This document shows positions 8,749 to 19,418 of a stretch of 53,866 nucleotides of DNA, piece after piece. Made by a program: the position numbers and the translations under genes. This DNA is from Gammaproteobacteria bacterium (lineage in GTDB: Bacteria; Pseudomonadota; Gammaproteobacteria; GCA-2400775). The notes below the pieces were generated by a model. The model was not told the origin of the DNA. It ran no database searches and worked only from the letters and a program-made list of their open reading frames with translations. The stretch's first letter is position 1, and every line of letters begins with the position of its first letter. The DNA is taken from positions 1-53,866 of the forward strand of contig NVRQ02000113.1 in assembly GCA_002400905.2 (NCBI GenBank), written 5' to 3'.

Positions 8749-9066
8749 TCAGATCATTAACCGCGCCACTGAGCGGCCATTAACAAGATGCTCGTCGATA
8801 ATCTCGTCTATATCTTCATTGTCGACAAAGGTATACCAAGTCTCATCCGGATAGACAACTAAAACTGGCCCTAAATCACAACGATCCAGGCAGCTTGCCT
8901 TATTGACCCTAATTTTACCTTCACCAGACAATCCCATCTCTTTAATCCGCTTTTTTGCGTATTCTCGCACCTCATCCGCGCCATGATCCTGACAGCAGGC
9001 TCGCCCGCCAGGACGCTGGTTAGTGCAAAAAAAGACATGATGGCTGTAAAAACTCATTACGTTCAT
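8749..9066 (-). CDS. Thioredoxin-like (2Fe-2S) ferredoxin domain protein
   Basis: 105 aa with the pattern HVFFCTNQR...CC...G(x)n...CLDRCDLGPVLVVYPD..WY, typical of the small thioredoxin-like 2Fe-2S ferredoxin family (COG3411-type). Confidence 0.7.
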   Translation of the reverse strand: MNVMSFYSHHVFFCTNQRPGGRACCQDHGADEVREYAKKRIKEMGLSGEGKIRVNKASCLDRCDLGPVLVVYPDETWYTFVDNEDIDEIIDEHLVNGRSVARLMI

Positions 9067-9153
9067 CCTTCAAAATAACAGCCAAAATAGTTTCTGGCCC
9101 GAAAATAAGCGAGCAAGTATACTCTGCAAGTATTACTCACTGTCTAGGGATCT

Positions 9154-9801
9154 ATGGCCTCTCAACGTCACTACTCACGTCTAGATCGATTTCTTTGTGA
9201 CGTCGAGAACCTGCTGGGCTCTGGCAACAACACATCAGCCACCAGACATCGCGCCAACCCATCTGCTGGAATCGAAGACACTCCGCTCGACGATAAAGAA
9301 AAGAAACTGTCCGCTACTTTAATGCGCGTTAATCACGCTGGCGAAGTCGCCGCCCAAGGACTTTATCTCGGCCAATCGCTCAGCGCCAAATCTACACAGA
9401 CCAAACAACAAATGCGCGAGGCTGCCGCCGAAGAAGGCGACCATCTTGACTGGTGCGAGCAACGCCTAAATGAACTCGACAGCCACACTAGCTACCTGAG
9501 CCCACTGTGGCATGCCGGGTCGATGCTGATCGGCCTTGTCGCAGGCCAAAGCGGCGACCGCTGGAGCTATGGCTTTGTCGAAGAAACTGAGCAACAGGTA
9601 ATAAAACACCTAGAGGGTCATCTCAAAGAACTGCCCACACAAGATAAAAAAAGCCGCGCCATATTGCAACAAATGCAGCATGATGAAAGTGAACATGCGG
9701 CGGCCGCGCGCGCCTCAGGCGCAGAGGAACTGCCCAACCCGATCAAAAAACTGATGGCGCTATCAGCAAAACTAATGACCGCTAGCGCACGCTATATTTA
9801 G
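9154..9801 (+). CDS. coq7: Demethoxyubiquinone hydroxylase Coq7 (di-iron carboxylate)
   Basis: 215 aa with RVNHAGEVAAQGLYLGQ and two E-x-x-H di-iron motifs (EEGDHLDW, DESEHAAAA). Confidence 0.9.
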   Translation: MASQRHYSRLDRFLCDVENLLGSGNNTSATRHRANPSAGIEDTPLDDKEKKLSATLMRVNHAGEVAAQGLYLGQSLSAKSTQTKQQMREAAAEEGDHLDWCEQRLNELDSHTSYLSPLWHAGSMLIGLVAGQSGDRWSYGFVEETEQQVIKHLEGHLKELPTQDKKSRAILQQMQHDESEHAAAARASGAEELPNPIKKLMALSAKLMTASARYI

Positions 9802-9815
9802 CCTTGCCCATTAAA

Positions 9816-10250
9816 CTAAGCCTTCTCCGTATCCACCTCATCTACACTCTCTATTTTCGGCGCTAATGGCGGATGATAAATAATCTGTACTTTATTTGAA
9901 TCCGGATCAAGACAATAGCAACTGTGCGCACCGTCTCGGTGTGCTTTCGGTCGTGCGACAATCGGTATATCTTGCTCCACCAAAAACTTGTGCCACTCGT
10001 TAACCAGTTCGGGGCTATCAACAACAAACCCAATATGATCAAGCTTTTGAATGCGGCTGGGGTTTGGCTCACGACGCGAACGATGCAAAGCCAAACTATC
10101 ATAACCAGACGTTAAATAGACATTGTCATCATCAGGGCGCCATTCAACCGTCAACCCTAAGACATCAACGTAAAAGCGTTCGCACTTTTCCATATTCATG
10201 ACAGACAGGGCCACATGATGTAACCGACCACTTGTTTCGGGGCGTTGCAT
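9816..10250 (-). CDS. VOC family protein (glyoxalase / bleomycin resistance / dioxygenase fold)
   Basis: 144 aa with HHVALSV...FYVDVLGL ... DHIGFVV, the paired beta-alpha-beta-beta-beta signature of the VOC superfamily. Specific function not assignable. Confidence 0.7.
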   Translation of the reverse strand: MQRPETSGRLHHVALSVMNMEKCERFYVDVLGLTVEWRPDDDNVYLTSGYDSLALHRSRREPNPSRIQKLDHIGFVVDSPELVNEWHKFLVEQDIPIVARPKAHRDGAHSCYCLDPDSNKVQIIYHPPLAPKIESVDEVDTEKA

Positions 10251-10297
10251 TATTCTCTCCTAACTTAAAACGAGGACTCGCTGCTATCTCGCTATTA

Positions 10298-10362
10298 CTA
10301 AAGAGTCCATTGATTAGACAACAACCGCAGCGCCTATGTCGCCCAATCAATGGACTCCTTAG
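10298..10362. repeat. MITE-like element, family 3, copy a (65 bp hairpin form)
   Basis: Sequence is ctaaagagtccattgattagaca...gtcgcccaatcaatggactccttag. Its reverse complement matches both ends of the 174 bp copy at 33716-33889 (about 32 nt at one end and about 22 nt at the other). It lies 8 nt downstream of the OsmC-family gene stop. Confidence 0.75.
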
Positions 10363-10370
10363 TAAATAGC

Positions 10371-10796
10371 TTAACGGGCAGCAACATTAATTATTTCGTA
10401 ATCGTGACTAACCTCAGCCACTTGCGCCAGCATGATCGACGCTGAACAATATTTATCAGCAGACAATTCGACCGCGCGCTTAACGGATGCTTCAGTCAGC
10501 CCATGACCACTGACAATAAAGTGAACATGGATTTTTGTGAAAACTTTCGGCACCGCCTCAGCGCGCTCAGCACTGACCTCCGCCACACAATCTGTGATGG
10601 GTTGACGTGATTTCTTCAAGATATGCACCACATCATAGGCGCTGCAGCTACCCATACCCAGCAATAATAGCTCCATCGGCCTCATACCCAAATTACGACC
10701 ACCACCGTCTGGCGGGCCATCTATTACCAAGGCATGTCCACTGCCGGATTCGCCGACAAACATCGCACCTTCGACCCATTTTATGCGGCAATTCAT
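10371..10796 (-). CDS. OsmC family peroxiredoxin-like protein
   Basis: 141 aa with PMELLLLGMGSCSAYDV and a second Cys in DKYCSAS, the two-Cys arrangement of OsmC/Ohr-fold proteins. Confidence 0.8.
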   Translation of the reverse strand: MNCRIKWVEGAMFVGESGSGHALVIDGPPDGGGRNLGMRPMELLLLGMGSCSAYDVVHILKKSRQPITDCVAEVSAERAEAVPKVFTKIHVHFIVSGHGLTEASVKRAVELSADKYCSASIMLAQVAEVSHDYEIINVAAR

Positions 10797-10901
10797 GCTT
10801 TTTCTCCAAATTTTTTAAAAATAAAGCGACTCGATATTGCGCCGCTATAGTAAGCATATAACATTAGGTGCGCAGATGACCTGTGCCGGAGTGAGACTAA
10901 A

Positions 10902-11537
10902 ATGGGGCAACTTGTCCAAAAACTTGAGAACCCGACGATTGAAAAATTTCTCAGCCATTGCCATCGTCGGCACTACAACAATAAAAATATCATCATTCAC
11001 GCAGGCGACAAACCTGATGTACTCTACTATATCGTTAAAGCGTCAGTTACCGTACTCATCGAAGACGACGATGGACGCGAAATTGTACTCGCTTACCTTA
11101 ATGCTGGCGACTTCTTTGGTGAGATGGGCCTATTTGACAATGAGGCTAAACGCAGCGCTTGGATTCGTGCACGTGGCGTCTGCGAAATCGCTGAAATCAG
11201 CTACGAAAAATTCCGCCGCTTAGCTAAAGATGCCCCTGAGATTCTTTTTCTATTGGCATCGCAAATGGCCCTGCGCCTGCGTCGCACCAGTAGCAACGTC
11301 GGCCGCCTTGCTTTCATGGATGTTGCCGGCCGTGTTGCCGGTGCCTTACTTGAATTAACAAAGCAACCCGATGCCATGACGCATCCTGAGGGCATGCAAA
11401 TAAAAATCACCCGACAAGAGCTTGGTCGAATTGTAGGCTGCTCACGTGAAATGGTCGGTCGCGTTTTAAAAACAATGCAATCACAAGGGCTGATTACCGC
11501 ACACGGCAAAACGATGGTTATCTTTGGTACGCGCTAG
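10902..11537 (+). CDS. crp: cAMP receptor protein family global regulator (Crp/Vfr)
   Basis: 211 aa with a cNMP-binding domain ([10 protein letters not shown]) and a C-terminal HTH ([22 protein letters not shown]). Neighbours trpC, OsmC and coq7 as vfr does in Pseudomonas. Confidence 0.9.
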   Translation: MGQLVQKLENPTIEKFLSHCHRRHYNNKNIIIHAGDKPDVLYYIVKASVTVLIEDDDGREIVLAYLNAGDFFGEMGLFDNEAKRSAWIRARGVCEIAEISYEKFRRLAKDAPEILFLLASQMALRLRRTSSNVGRLAFMDVAGRVAGALLELTKQPDAMTHPEGMQIKITRQELGRIVGCSREMVGRVLKTMQSQGLITAHGKTMVIFGTR

Positions 11538-11570
11538 CACAGCGCCACCCAGCCCAGCCCACTTAACCCC

Positions 11571-12386
11571 TCAGTTAATAGGCTTGAATAACGCGCGCAA
11601 CTGAGCACCTGGATCATCTGCTCGCATAAACGCTTCGCCAACTAAAAATGCGTGCACATCATGTTCTCGCATACGCAAAACATCATCGCTAGTATGAATA
11701 CCGCTTTCAGTAATCACCAAACAATCTGAGGGGACACGACCCAACAAATCCAGCGTCGTATCCAAGCGGGTATCAAAGGTGCGCAAATTACGGTTATTGA
11801 TCCCTATCAACGGCGTATCAAGTTGCAGTGCCCGGTCAAGCTCTTCGGCATTATGCACTTCTACCAGTACATCCATATTGAGATTGCTCGCCGTTGCAGC
11901 CAACTCATGCATCAATGGATCACCCAAAGCAGCGACAATTAAAAGTATTGCATCGGCACCCGCTACACGCGCCTCGTATATTTGGTATGGGTCAATCATG
12001 AAATCTTTACGTAACAAAGGGAGGTTACAGTTGCTCCGTACCGCAGACAAATACTCTAAGGAACCCTGGAAAAAATCGACATCTGTTAGCACCGACAAAC
12101 ACGCCGCACCGGCGCTTTCGTAGCTCTGCGCGATGGCTACAGGGTCGAAATTTTCTCGCAACACCCCTTTACTTGGCGAGGCCTTTTTTATTTCCGCTAT
12201 AACCGCCGCATCACCGGCATCAACACGAGTAAGCATGGCCTGATAAAAACTACGTGTCGGAGTAAGATGCTCTACCTGAGATGCCAACATTGCCAGTGAC
12301 TGCTTTTCTGATGCTGCCACTATTTCTTCTGATTTACGAGCCAGAATGCGCGCCAAAATATCTGGGGGCGCTTTATTGTCAGTCAT
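11571..12386 (-). CDS. trpC: Indole-3-glycerol phosphate synthase
   Basis: 271 aa with [12 protein letters not shown] and LRKDF motifs. Overlaps the trpD stop by 8 nt. Confidence 0.95.
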   Translation of the reverse strand: MTDNKAPPDILARILARKSEEIVAASEKQSLAMLASQVEHLTPTRSFYQAMLTRVDAGDAAVIAEIKKASPSKGVLRENFDPVAIAQSYESAGAACLSVLTDVDFFQGSLEYLSAVRSNCNLPLLRKDFMIDPYQIYEARVAGADAILLIVAALGDPLMHELAATASNLNMDVLVEVHNAEELDRALQLDTPLIGINNRNLRTFDTRLDTTLDLLGRVPSDCLVITESGIHTSDDVLRMREHDVHAFLVGEAFMRADDPGAQLRALFKPIN

Positions 12387-13410
12387 GCTGCGCGCCTAAA
12401 ACACAGCTGGTCTTAATCAACGCTGCCAATTTCTGCTTAGCGCCACCATCAGCAATGCATTCCCGCGCCTTATCAATTCCACTTTGTAAGGTATCGGCTA
12501 GACCGGCAACATAAATAGCAGCTCCGGAGTTAAGTAAAACAATATCCAACGCTGGCCCAGACGTGTTATCAAACACTTCGTTGATTTTAATCAAACTCTG
12601 CTCCGCACTATCAACAGCCAAACCGCCAATATCAGCGCTGCTCATGCCAAACTGCTCTGGCGTAATTTGATAACTGCTAATCTCACCATGCTTTAACTCG
12701 CAAATGTTAGTGGCACCACCAATGCTAATCTCATCCAAACCATCTTCAGCATTCACCACTAAGACATGTTGACTACCAAGATTTCTCAATACGTTTGCTA
12801 ACGGCTCTAACCAGTCTTTACTAAATACGCCTAGCACTTGATTGGGCGCAGAAGCAGGGTTAGTTAACGGGCCCAGCAAATTAAATACGGTACGTACCGC
12901 CATTTCTTTACGAGGACCAATCGCGTGCTTCATGGCACTGTGATACATGGGCGCAAACAAAAAACCAACACCAATCTCATCAATGCACGTTTTAACTTGC
13001 TCTGGCGTCAAGGCCAAGTTCACACCTGCCGCTTCAAGCAAGTCGGCACTGCCGCTTGAACTAGAAACAGAGCGGTTACCATGCTTAGCAACGCTACCAC
13101 CCGCCGCCGCAACAACAAACGTCACTGCAGTTGAAATATTAAACGTATTAGCACCATCACCACCCGTACCGCAGGTATCAACCAAATGAGGTTTATCAAT
13201 TTCTATTTTCGTTGATAACTCACGCATAACACCTGCTGCTGCCGTGATCTCATCAACAGTCTCACCTTTCATGCGTAAACCAATGAGAAAGCCACCAACC
13301 TGAGCAGGCGTCGCATCACCACTCATAATACTGCGCATGACTGATGTCATGGCATCATGAGAAAGGTCATGACGTTCAGCAACCTGTTTAATGGCAGTTT
13401 GAATATCCAT
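12379..13410 (-). CDS. trpD: Anthranilate phosphoribosyltransferase
   Basis: 343 aa with the CGTGGDG..TFNIST motif. Confidence 0.95.
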   Translation of the reverse strand: MDIQTAIKQVAERHDLSHDAMTSVMRSIMSGDATPAQVGGFLIGLRMKGETVDEITAAAGVMRELSTKIEIDKPHLVDTCGTGGDGANTFNISTAVTFVVAAAGGSVAKHGNRSVSSSSGSADLLEAAGVNLALTPEQVKTCIDEIGVGFLFAPMYHSAMKHAIGPRKEMAVRTVFNLLGPLTNPASAPNQVLGVFSKDWLEPLANVLRNLGSQHVLVVNAEDGLDEISIGGATNICELKHGEISSYQITPEQFGMSSADIGGLAVDSAEQSLIKINEVFDNTSGPALDIVLLNSGAAIYVAGLADTLQSGIDKARECIADGGAKQKLAALIKTSCVLGAQHD

Positions 13411-13474
13411 AGCTATCCAGTTTTATTGATCAATATGGTGCGGCAATACAGTAACTAATATCACACAAGCGGTT

Positions 13475-13555
13475 AAGAAACCTCTGATTAATTCATGGCC
13501 CGATGTCTGATGGCTAAAATCATCCATTCAACCCAGAATTAATCAGAAGTTTCTT
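13475..13555. repeat. MITE-like element, family 1, copy b (81 bp minimal form)
   Basis: Sequence is aagaaacctctgattaattcatggcccgatgtctgatggctaaaatcatccattcaacccagaattaatcagaagtttctt, a long imperfect palindrome. It lies in the trpD|trpG intergenic gap, and its last two bases overlap the trpG stop codon (13554-13556). Confidence 0.85.
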
Positions 13556-14135
13556 AAGACATTTTGATAAAATTGCGCAGCAAATCATGTCCATGCTGAC
13601 TAAGAATCGACTCTGGATGAAACTGAACACCTTCAACTAAATCAGTCTTGTGGCGCACACCCATAATTTCATCCAACTCACCGTTTTTATCTTGCGTCCA
13701 CGCAGTCACCCCAAGACAATCGGGCACACTATTCGCCGCAATAACCAAGGAATGATAACGCGTTGCCTCAAAGGGACTTGGTAAGCCAGCAAATACACCT
13801 TTATTATTGTGGTGGATTAGTGAAGTTTTGCCATGCATGATCTGTTTTGCATGAACGATCTTGGCGCCATACGCTTGACCGATACTTTGATGACCTAGAC
13901 AGACACCCAATATAGGTATTTGACCAGCAAAGCGTTCGATCACTTCTAGCGAAATACCCGCTTCGTTAGGCGTACACGGGCCAGGGGATATCACTATACG
14001 TTCTGGCTCCATCGCCTTAAGCGCATCAACGTCAATAGTATCATTTCGGTGGACGTGAACATCTGCACCAAGTTCGCCCAAATACTGCACTAGGTTGTAA
14101 GTAAAGGAGTCATAATTATCAATCATTAAAAGCAT
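13554..14135 (-). CDS. trpG: Anthranilate synthase component II (glutamine amidotransferase)
   Basis: 193 aa class I GATase with GVCLGHQ and a HPES terminal catalytic region. Confidence 0.93.
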   Translation of the reverse strand: MLLMIDNYDSFTYNLVQYLGELGADVHVHRNDTIDVDALKAMEPERIVISPGPCTPNEAGISLEVIERFAGQIPILGVCLGHQSIGQAYGAKIVHAKQIMHGKTSLIHHNNKGVFAGLPSPFEATRYHSLVIAANSVPDCLGVTAWTQDKNGELDEIMGVRHKTDLVEGVQFHPESILSQHGHDLLRNFIKMS

Positions 14136-14159
14136 TGTATTACCCTAGTGATGCAAAGC

Positions 14160-15674
14160 TCATTTGTGCTTTGCATCACTCTCGGTGCTATTCAAACCTG
14201 CTGCTGCCAGTGCAACAGCACGAAAAATTGCGCGCCCTTTATTCATAGTCTCTTGCCATTCCTGACTAGCAATACTGTCAGCCACGATACCCGCACCCGC
14301 CTGAATATGTAGCGTATTATCTTTGATAATAGCTGTACGAATAGCAATCGCGGTATCCATATTCCCGTTCCAGCCAATATACCCTACCGCCCCAGCGTAG
14401 ATCCCGCGTTTAACAGGTTCCAACTCATCAATGATTTCCATCGCACGAACCTTTGGTGCACCGCTGACAGTACCCGCCGGGAAAGTCGCTCGCAAAACAT
14501 CATAAGCATTTAATTTGGGTTTTAGCTTTCCTACGACATTAGACACAATATGCATGACGTGCGAATAACGCTCAATCAACATATTTTCAGTTAACTTAAC
14601 GCTACCTGTTGTTGCGACACGACCGACATCATTACGACCAAGGTCGATTAACATCAAATGCTCAGCACATTCTTTAGGATCGGACAATAATTCTTGTTCT
14701 AGTTGCACGTCTTCGTCATTGGTTTTACCCCGACGCCGCGTCCCGGCAATAGGCCTTACTGTGACATCACCATTTTCATAGCGCGCCAATATTTCAGGCG
14801 ATGAGCCAACAATATGGAATTCATCCATATTCAAAAAATACATGTAGGGCGAAGGGTTTAGACTCCGTAAGGCTCTGTAAAGTTGAATAGGCTCAACATC
14901 AAAATCTATCGATAACCGCTGCGATAATACGACCTGCATTACATCGCCGTCGACAATATAACGCTTGGCTTTTTCAACCGCCGCTTCAAAGGCGTGCTGA
15001 CTAAACCCTGAGATAAAGTCTTCTTCACTGACTATTGACGGCACTGTAGTCAACGGTAAGTGAGACAAGGGCTTAGCCATTCTTTCACTTAGATAAGTTA
15101 ATCGTGATTGTGCCTTACCCCACGCAATGTCCAGCGCCTCATCGCGAGCCAAGTCAGCATAAATCACAATATACGCTTTGCCTGCTAAGTTATCGAAAAC
15201 GACAACCTCGTCTGAAACCATTAACAGAATATCGGGACAACCTAAGGCATCGACATGTTCTTTGTCAGCCAGTTTTGGTTCGACATAACGCACTGTGTCA
15301 TAACCAAAATAGCCGACAAGACCACCATTAAAACGCGGCAAATAAGGTAAATCGGGAACGCGAAACTTCGACTGGAAAGATTGTAACCACGCTAACGGGT
15401 CTTCAACCGTCGTATGCTCGACAACCTTGCCATCTTCAATATACTGAATATCATGATCATCAACGCGGACATAGTTACGACAAGGCAAACCAATAATGGA
15501 ATAACGCCCCCATTTTTCGCCACCTTGTACAGATTCAAAAAGATAGCTTAAAGGCCCGTCAGCCAGTTTAAGGTAAACACTAAGCGGCGTATCAAGGTCT
15601 GCGCACACTTCACGCATAACCGGGATACGGTTATAGCCTTGGCTCGCCAGATGCGTGAATTGTTCGTGCTGCAT
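14160..15674 (-). CDS. trpE: Anthranilate synthase component I
   Basis: 504 aa chorismate-binding enzyme with LFESV, GAPK and GAGIVADS motifs. It starts 10 nt after the gph stop. Confidence 0.95.
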   Translation of the reverse strand: MQHEQFTHLASQGYNRIPVMREVCADLDTPLSVYLKLADGPLSYLFESVQGGEKWGRYSIIGLPCRNYVRVDDHDIQYIEDGKVVEHTTVEDPLAWLQSFQSKFRVPDLPYLPRFNGGLVGYFGYDTVRYVEPKLADKEHVDALGCPDILLMVSDEVVVFDNLAGKAYIVIYADLARDEALDIAWGKAQSRLTYLSERMAKPLSHLPLTTVPSIVSEEDFISGFSQHAFEAAVEKAKRYIVDGDVMQVVLSQRLSIDFDVEPIQLYRALRSLNPSPYMYFLNMDEFHIVGSSPEILARYENGDVTVRPIAGTRRRGKTNDEDVQLEQELLSDPKECAEHLMLIDLGRNDVGRVATTGSVKLTENMLIERYSHVMHIVSNVVGKLKPKLNAYDVLRATFPAGTVSGAPKVRAMEIIDELEPVKRGIYAGAVGYIGWNGNMDTAIAIRTAIIKDNTLHIQAGAGIVADSIASQEWQETMNKGRAIFRAVALAAAGLNSTESDAKHK

Positions 15675-15684
15675 CGCCAGGGGA

Positions 15685-16368
15685 CTAGGCCACTGTAGGA
15701 AACAGCCCAGCTAATTCCACCATACTGTCTATCACTGCATCTGGATTAGAGTCTCTGATATCGACGCCATGGTTATAACCATAGGTCATGCAGACAATTT
15801 TCAAACCCGCAGCACGCGCGGCGCTAACATCACTAATAGAGTCACCAATCATCATCACCTCATTAACAGGCACCGAGAAATAGTCCGCGCCATGCAACAA
15901 AGGCATAGGATCAGGTTTCTTCTTGGGCAGGGTGTCACCACTGATGACGATCTCAAAATCCTCAAAAAGCCCCAAAGTCTTCAACAAGGGTATCGTAAAC
16001 TGCGCCGCCTTGTTAGTAACACAGCCTACACGCACACCAGCATCCTTAAGATAATCGATACCTTCGCGAACACCAGGGTACAACGTACTGCGTTCGCAGG
16101 TATTGGCTTCATAAAGCTCAAGATACATGGGATAAGCGCGCTCGAATAACGCGTCATCAGGCTCACCTTCTAACTGACCAAGCAAGGCACGACGAACAAG
16201 ACGCTCAACACCGTTGCCAACCCAATGGCGAACCTTGTCTTCACCATGCACCGGCATAGACAAGGCCTTCATCATTTCATCAACGCAATAAGCAAGATCT
16301 GGCACACTGTCAACCATAGTGCCGTCGACATCAATCAATACTGCTTTGGGTAGGCGATCAAACATCAT
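15685..16368 (-). CDS. gph: Phosphoglycolate phosphatase (HAD superfamily)
   Basis: The ORF track extends to 16503, overlapping rpe. I start at the ATG at 16368 ([21 protein letters not shown]) so that the HAD motif I DxDGT lies near the N-terminus and the gene begins 17 nt after the rpe stop. Confidence 0.85.
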   Translation of the reverse strand: MMFDRLPKAVLIDVDGTMVDSVPDLAYCVDEMMKALSMPVHGEDKVRHWVGNGVERLVRRALLGQLEGEPDDALFERAYPMYLELYEANTCERSTLYPGVREGIDYLKDAGVRVGCVTNKAAQFTIPLLKTLGLFEDFEIVISGDTLPKKKPDPMPLLHGADYFSVPVNEVMMIGDSISDVSAARAAGLKIVCMTYGYNHGVDIRDSNPDAVIDSMVELAGLFPTVA

Positions 16369-16384
16369 TAATAAAACCGACTCA

Positions 16385-17071
16385 TCAACCGCGAGCACGT
16401 GCGATTTCCGCACGCATTTTATCGATGACTGTTTTGTAGTCGTCGGCACCAAAAATAGCTGAACCGGCAACGAAGGTGTCAGCACCCGCTGCAGCGATGT
16501 CATAAATATTATCGATCTTTACACCACCGTCAATCTCAAGGCGAATGTCATAGCCGCTATCGTCAATCATCTTGCGCGCTTCGCGCAACTTATCGAGCGT
16601 TGACAGAATAAATGACTGGCCACCAAACCCTGGGTTAACTGACATCAACAAAATCATATCGACTTTGTCCATCACATGTTTCAAATGATGCAGTGGCGTT
16701 GCAGGATTAAAAACCAGCCCAGACTTGCATCCACGACCACGAATCAATTGTAGTGAGCGATCAACATGCTCGCTGGCCTCCGGGTGAAAGGTAATATAAC
16801 TCGCACCTGCGTCAGCAAAGTCGCCAATAATGCGGTCAACCGGTTTGACCATGAGATGAGCGTCAATTTCGGCGGTAACACCATGCTTACGCAAGGCTTC
16901 ACACACTAAAGGGCCAATGGTTAGGTTAGGCACATAGTGATTATCCATCACGTCAAAGTGAACAATATCTGCACCCGCAGCAAGAACCTTATCGACCTCT
17001 TCACCAAGTTTGGCGAAATTTGCTGACAAGATTGAAGGAGCAATTTTTGCGTCTTGCATAATAGTTACCAT
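16385..17071 (-). CDS. rpe: Ribulose-phosphate 3-epimerase
   Basis: 228 aa with [17 protein letters not shown] and [14 protein letters not shown] motifs. The start could be ATG 17071 or 17059. Confidence 0.95.
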   Translation of the reverse strand: MVTIMQDAKIAPSILSANFAKLGEEVDKVLAAGADIVHFDVMDNHYVPNLTIGPLVCEALRKHGVTAEIDAHLMVKPVDRIIGDFADAGASYITFHPEASEHVDRSLQLIRGRGCKSGLVFNPATPLHHLKHVMDKVDMILLMSVNPGFGGQSFILSTLDKLREARKMIDDSGYDIRLEIDGGVKIDNIYDIAAAGADTFVAGSAIFGADDYKTVIDKMRAEIARARG

Positions 17072-17180
17072 CGTTAAGTTTAAAAACTGATGGCGGATTT
17101 CACTGCCTGTCCGCCGCGCTTACTAACCGTGGCTTACAGAACAACTCGCACATTCTAGTTTCTGTAACCCATAAATAAGT

Positions 17181-17210
17181 AGAGCGCCCCCTACGACTAA
17201 GGGGCGCTCT
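17181..17210 (-). terminator. GC-rich stem-loop downstream of actF (probable ACIII operon terminator)
   Basis: 10 bp perfect stem agagcgcccc / ggggcgctct with a 10 nt loop, 27 nt after the actF stop. The minus-strand tail acttatttat is only moderately U-rich. Confidence 0.6.
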
Positions 17211-17237
17211 GTTGTCTTGCATCTTAATTAAATAAGA

Positions 17238-18275
17238 CTATGACGTTTTAAGCAACCCATTTCGTGTTAATGACCATCGTACTGCAAGAACAACAACCAC
17301 CGCGATCACGGCCGTAACAAGGATATCAAACAAACTTGTCATTGGAATATGGTATTCGCCCTGAAGCGAACCGGAAATCCAGATGTAACGCTCTAACCAC
17401 GTTCCAACAACAATAGAGCATGCTACCAAGAAGATCACATGTGGATTATGGCGATTTGGTGTTAAGGCAAAGGTACAGAATGGGATAATAAACTTCAGCA
17501 TCAAGAACGCCCACCAGATCTTCGCATAATCATAAAACATCATATTGTTAAAACGCGCCATCTCTTCTGGGAAACGGCCATACCACATGATTAAATATTG
17601 CGTGAAATAGAGATAGGTATAAAGAATAGTCATACCCAACATGAATTGAGCCATGAAATTAAAGATCTTAGGCTCATTAAGCGGAGTCACAAGCTTGCCA
17701 CTACGCGCCAAAATATAAAGCAAAATAGTGAACGACGCCAAATACAAATGAAAATTACTTTGGAAATGATAAAATGCATAACTCGCACTGTGCCAGTTTG
17801 GCCACATGGTCATTTCATAATCCCAAGCAATCATCGATCCGTAAATGACGTAAGCAAACGGAATCAACAATGCGACATTACGAAAACGACGCTGCGCTTT
17901 ATATGACTTGTCAATTTCACTCAGTTTTTGATAACGAATAAATACGCGATATAAAGCAAAAACAGCAATAAAACCGATAATCTGACGACCAACCAAGAAA
18001 CCGTAATCGTGCCATGCAGGCAGATGGGCTTCGCCATTCTGTGCACTAGCTAGCCATTGGAAGGTGTTTTCGCCATTGAATAGCAATATCAACATCAAGA
18101 TAAAAGCTAACGGGAACAATACGGCCATTGAACAGGCAATATCACGCACCTCAAAACGCCATTTACCATTACACAGATGCAATATCGCCGAGAGTGTTAC
18201 ACCCCCTAGTGACAAATACAAAACAATCAAAAAGTTTGTCGTTAATACCGACCAATTACCAAATGCGAGTTCCAT
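17238..18275 (-). CDS. actF: Alternative complex III subunit ActF (polytopic membrane, NrfD-related)
   Basis: 345 aa highly hydrophobic protein and the last gene of the act cluster. Its position and size fit quinol:cytochrome c oxidoreductase quinone-binding subunit 2. Confidence 0.75.
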   Translation of the reverse strand: MELAFGNWSVLTTNFLIVLYLSLGGVTLSAILHLCNGKWRFEVRDIACSMAVLFPLAFILMLILLFNGENTFQWLASAQNGEAHLPAWHDYGFLVGRQIIGFIAVFALYRVFIRYQKLSEIDKSYKAQRRFRNVALLIPFAYVIYGSMIAWDYEMTMWPNWHSASYAFYHFQSNFHLYLASFTILLYILARSGKLVTPLNEPKIFNFMAQFMLGMTILYTYLYFTQYLIMWYGRFPEEMARFNNMMFYDYAKIWWAFLMLKFIIPFCTFALTPNRHNPHVIFLVACSIVVGTWLERYIWISGSLQGEYHIPMTSLFDILVTAVIAVVVVLAVRWSLTRNGLLKTS

Positions 18276-18291
18276 CAGATCAATACTCCAA

Positions 18292-18891
18292 TTAATTCAC
18301 TACAGGAACAGCATCTGACGATGCTTGCGCAGTTTCTGTGACTGCTGGAGCGCTATTCGCGTCAGCAACTAATTGATTACGAAGATAGTTCACTACATGC
18401 CAACGCTCCTCAACAGAAAGATCGTTTGAACCCCTTCCTTCAGCGTTACCTGTTGGGTCACCGTATGCTGGCATAACATAACTGCCATAAGTAATCGTGC
18501 CCCAAATCCAGCCTTCGGTCATATCTTTTTGTACGTAATCACCAATTAACGGGATCGCACCAATTTTGGCAGCGACTGGCGATGTTTCGTCGGCCTTACC
18601 AAGTAAACCATGACACGCACCACAATAAATCTTAAATAACTGCTTACCTGTCTTTAACGATTTGGCGCTGACAGGTACTGGGTTTACCAGGTCTTTTGCT
18701 TCGTCACGTGTTGCCACCTGAGTCAATTCACCACCATAAGGAATTGAATAAGGTACAGAACGTTTAGGGAAAGCGGCTGGCGTTCCTTCTTGAGCTTTAA
18801 TGCTCGGCTGGTTCATCATATCTGTTGACCAAGGCCAAGCAAAAACTGTCATCGGCGCGGCCAACAATACTAGTACAGCTAAACGTTTCAT
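18292..18891 (-). CDS. actE: Alternative complex III monoheme cytochrome c subunit ActE
   Basis: 199 aa with a signal peptide and a single CGACH heme motif. Its start abuts the actD stop (TAAATG). Confidence 0.8.
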   Translation of the reverse strand: MKRLAVLVLLAAPMTVFAWPWSTDMMNQPSIKAQEGTPAAFPKRSVPYSIPYGGELTQVATRDEAKDLVNPVPVSAKSLKTGKQLFKIYCGACHGLLGKADETSPVAAKIGAIPLIGDYVQKDMTEGWIWGTITYGSYVMPAYGDPTGNAEGRGSNDLSVEERWHVVNYLRNQLVADANSAPAVTETAQASSDAVPVVN

Positions 18892-19416
18892 TTAAAGTGC
18901 CCCCTCGCGTACTTCAAGAACACCGTGCTTCGCAAAGGATTCCTTCAAACCTGCTAGGTCTGACTCATCAAGCGTTATCTCAATCCCTACTTGATCAACA
19001 GTAATCTGCTCGCTGTAAAGTGGATTGCGTTTACGGAACAGGCGTGCCGTGACCAGAAAAGCAATAACCGTAAAAATCACGGCAGATAGAATCAGCATTT
19101 CATAGGTCAAAACGATATTCGTAGGCAACGCTATTACCGGCTTACCACCTTGTGGCTGCACCAAAAAATTCGCCTGCGCTGACGCCAAAAACAAAAAGCC
19201 GCCAATCATACCAAACAAAGCACCGAATAACGTCCACTTTGGCACATGCGACTTGCGATGCTCTAGCACTTCATCAATATCAGGATGCTCAATCGGCGAC
19301 AACACTTCGACATCATCCAGCTTTACACCAGACACATTCCCCGCTTTAATATCGTTGATCGCAGCAAAAGCAGGATCGAAACCATCAAACAGGCCAAGTA
19401 CACGACGCTTACTCAT
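18892..19416 (-). CDS. actD: Alternative complex III membrane subunit ActD (DUF3341-like)
   Basis: 174 aa with a soluble N-terminal domain plus two TM helices, located between actC and actE as in act operons. Confidence 0.75.
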   Translation of the reverse strand: MSKRRVLGLFDGFDPAFAAINDIKAGNVSGVKLDDVEVLSPIEHPDIDEVLEHRKSHVPKWTLFGALFGMIGGFLFLASAQANFLVQPQGGKPVIALPTNIVLTYEMLILSAVIFTVIAFLVTARLFRKRNPLYSEQITVDQVGIEITLDESDLAGLKESFAKHGVLEVREGAL

Positions 19417-19418
19417 GC

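Noticed and set aside
16369-16503. N-terminal extensions of track ORFs: gph into rpe, hisD to 33806, tatA to 28733, mlaB to 36668, rplM to 8674 and nif3 to 25987.
   Set aside because: The extensions overlap the upstream gene or run through MITE sequence. Conserved N-termini and better Shine-Dalgarno sequences support the internal starts.
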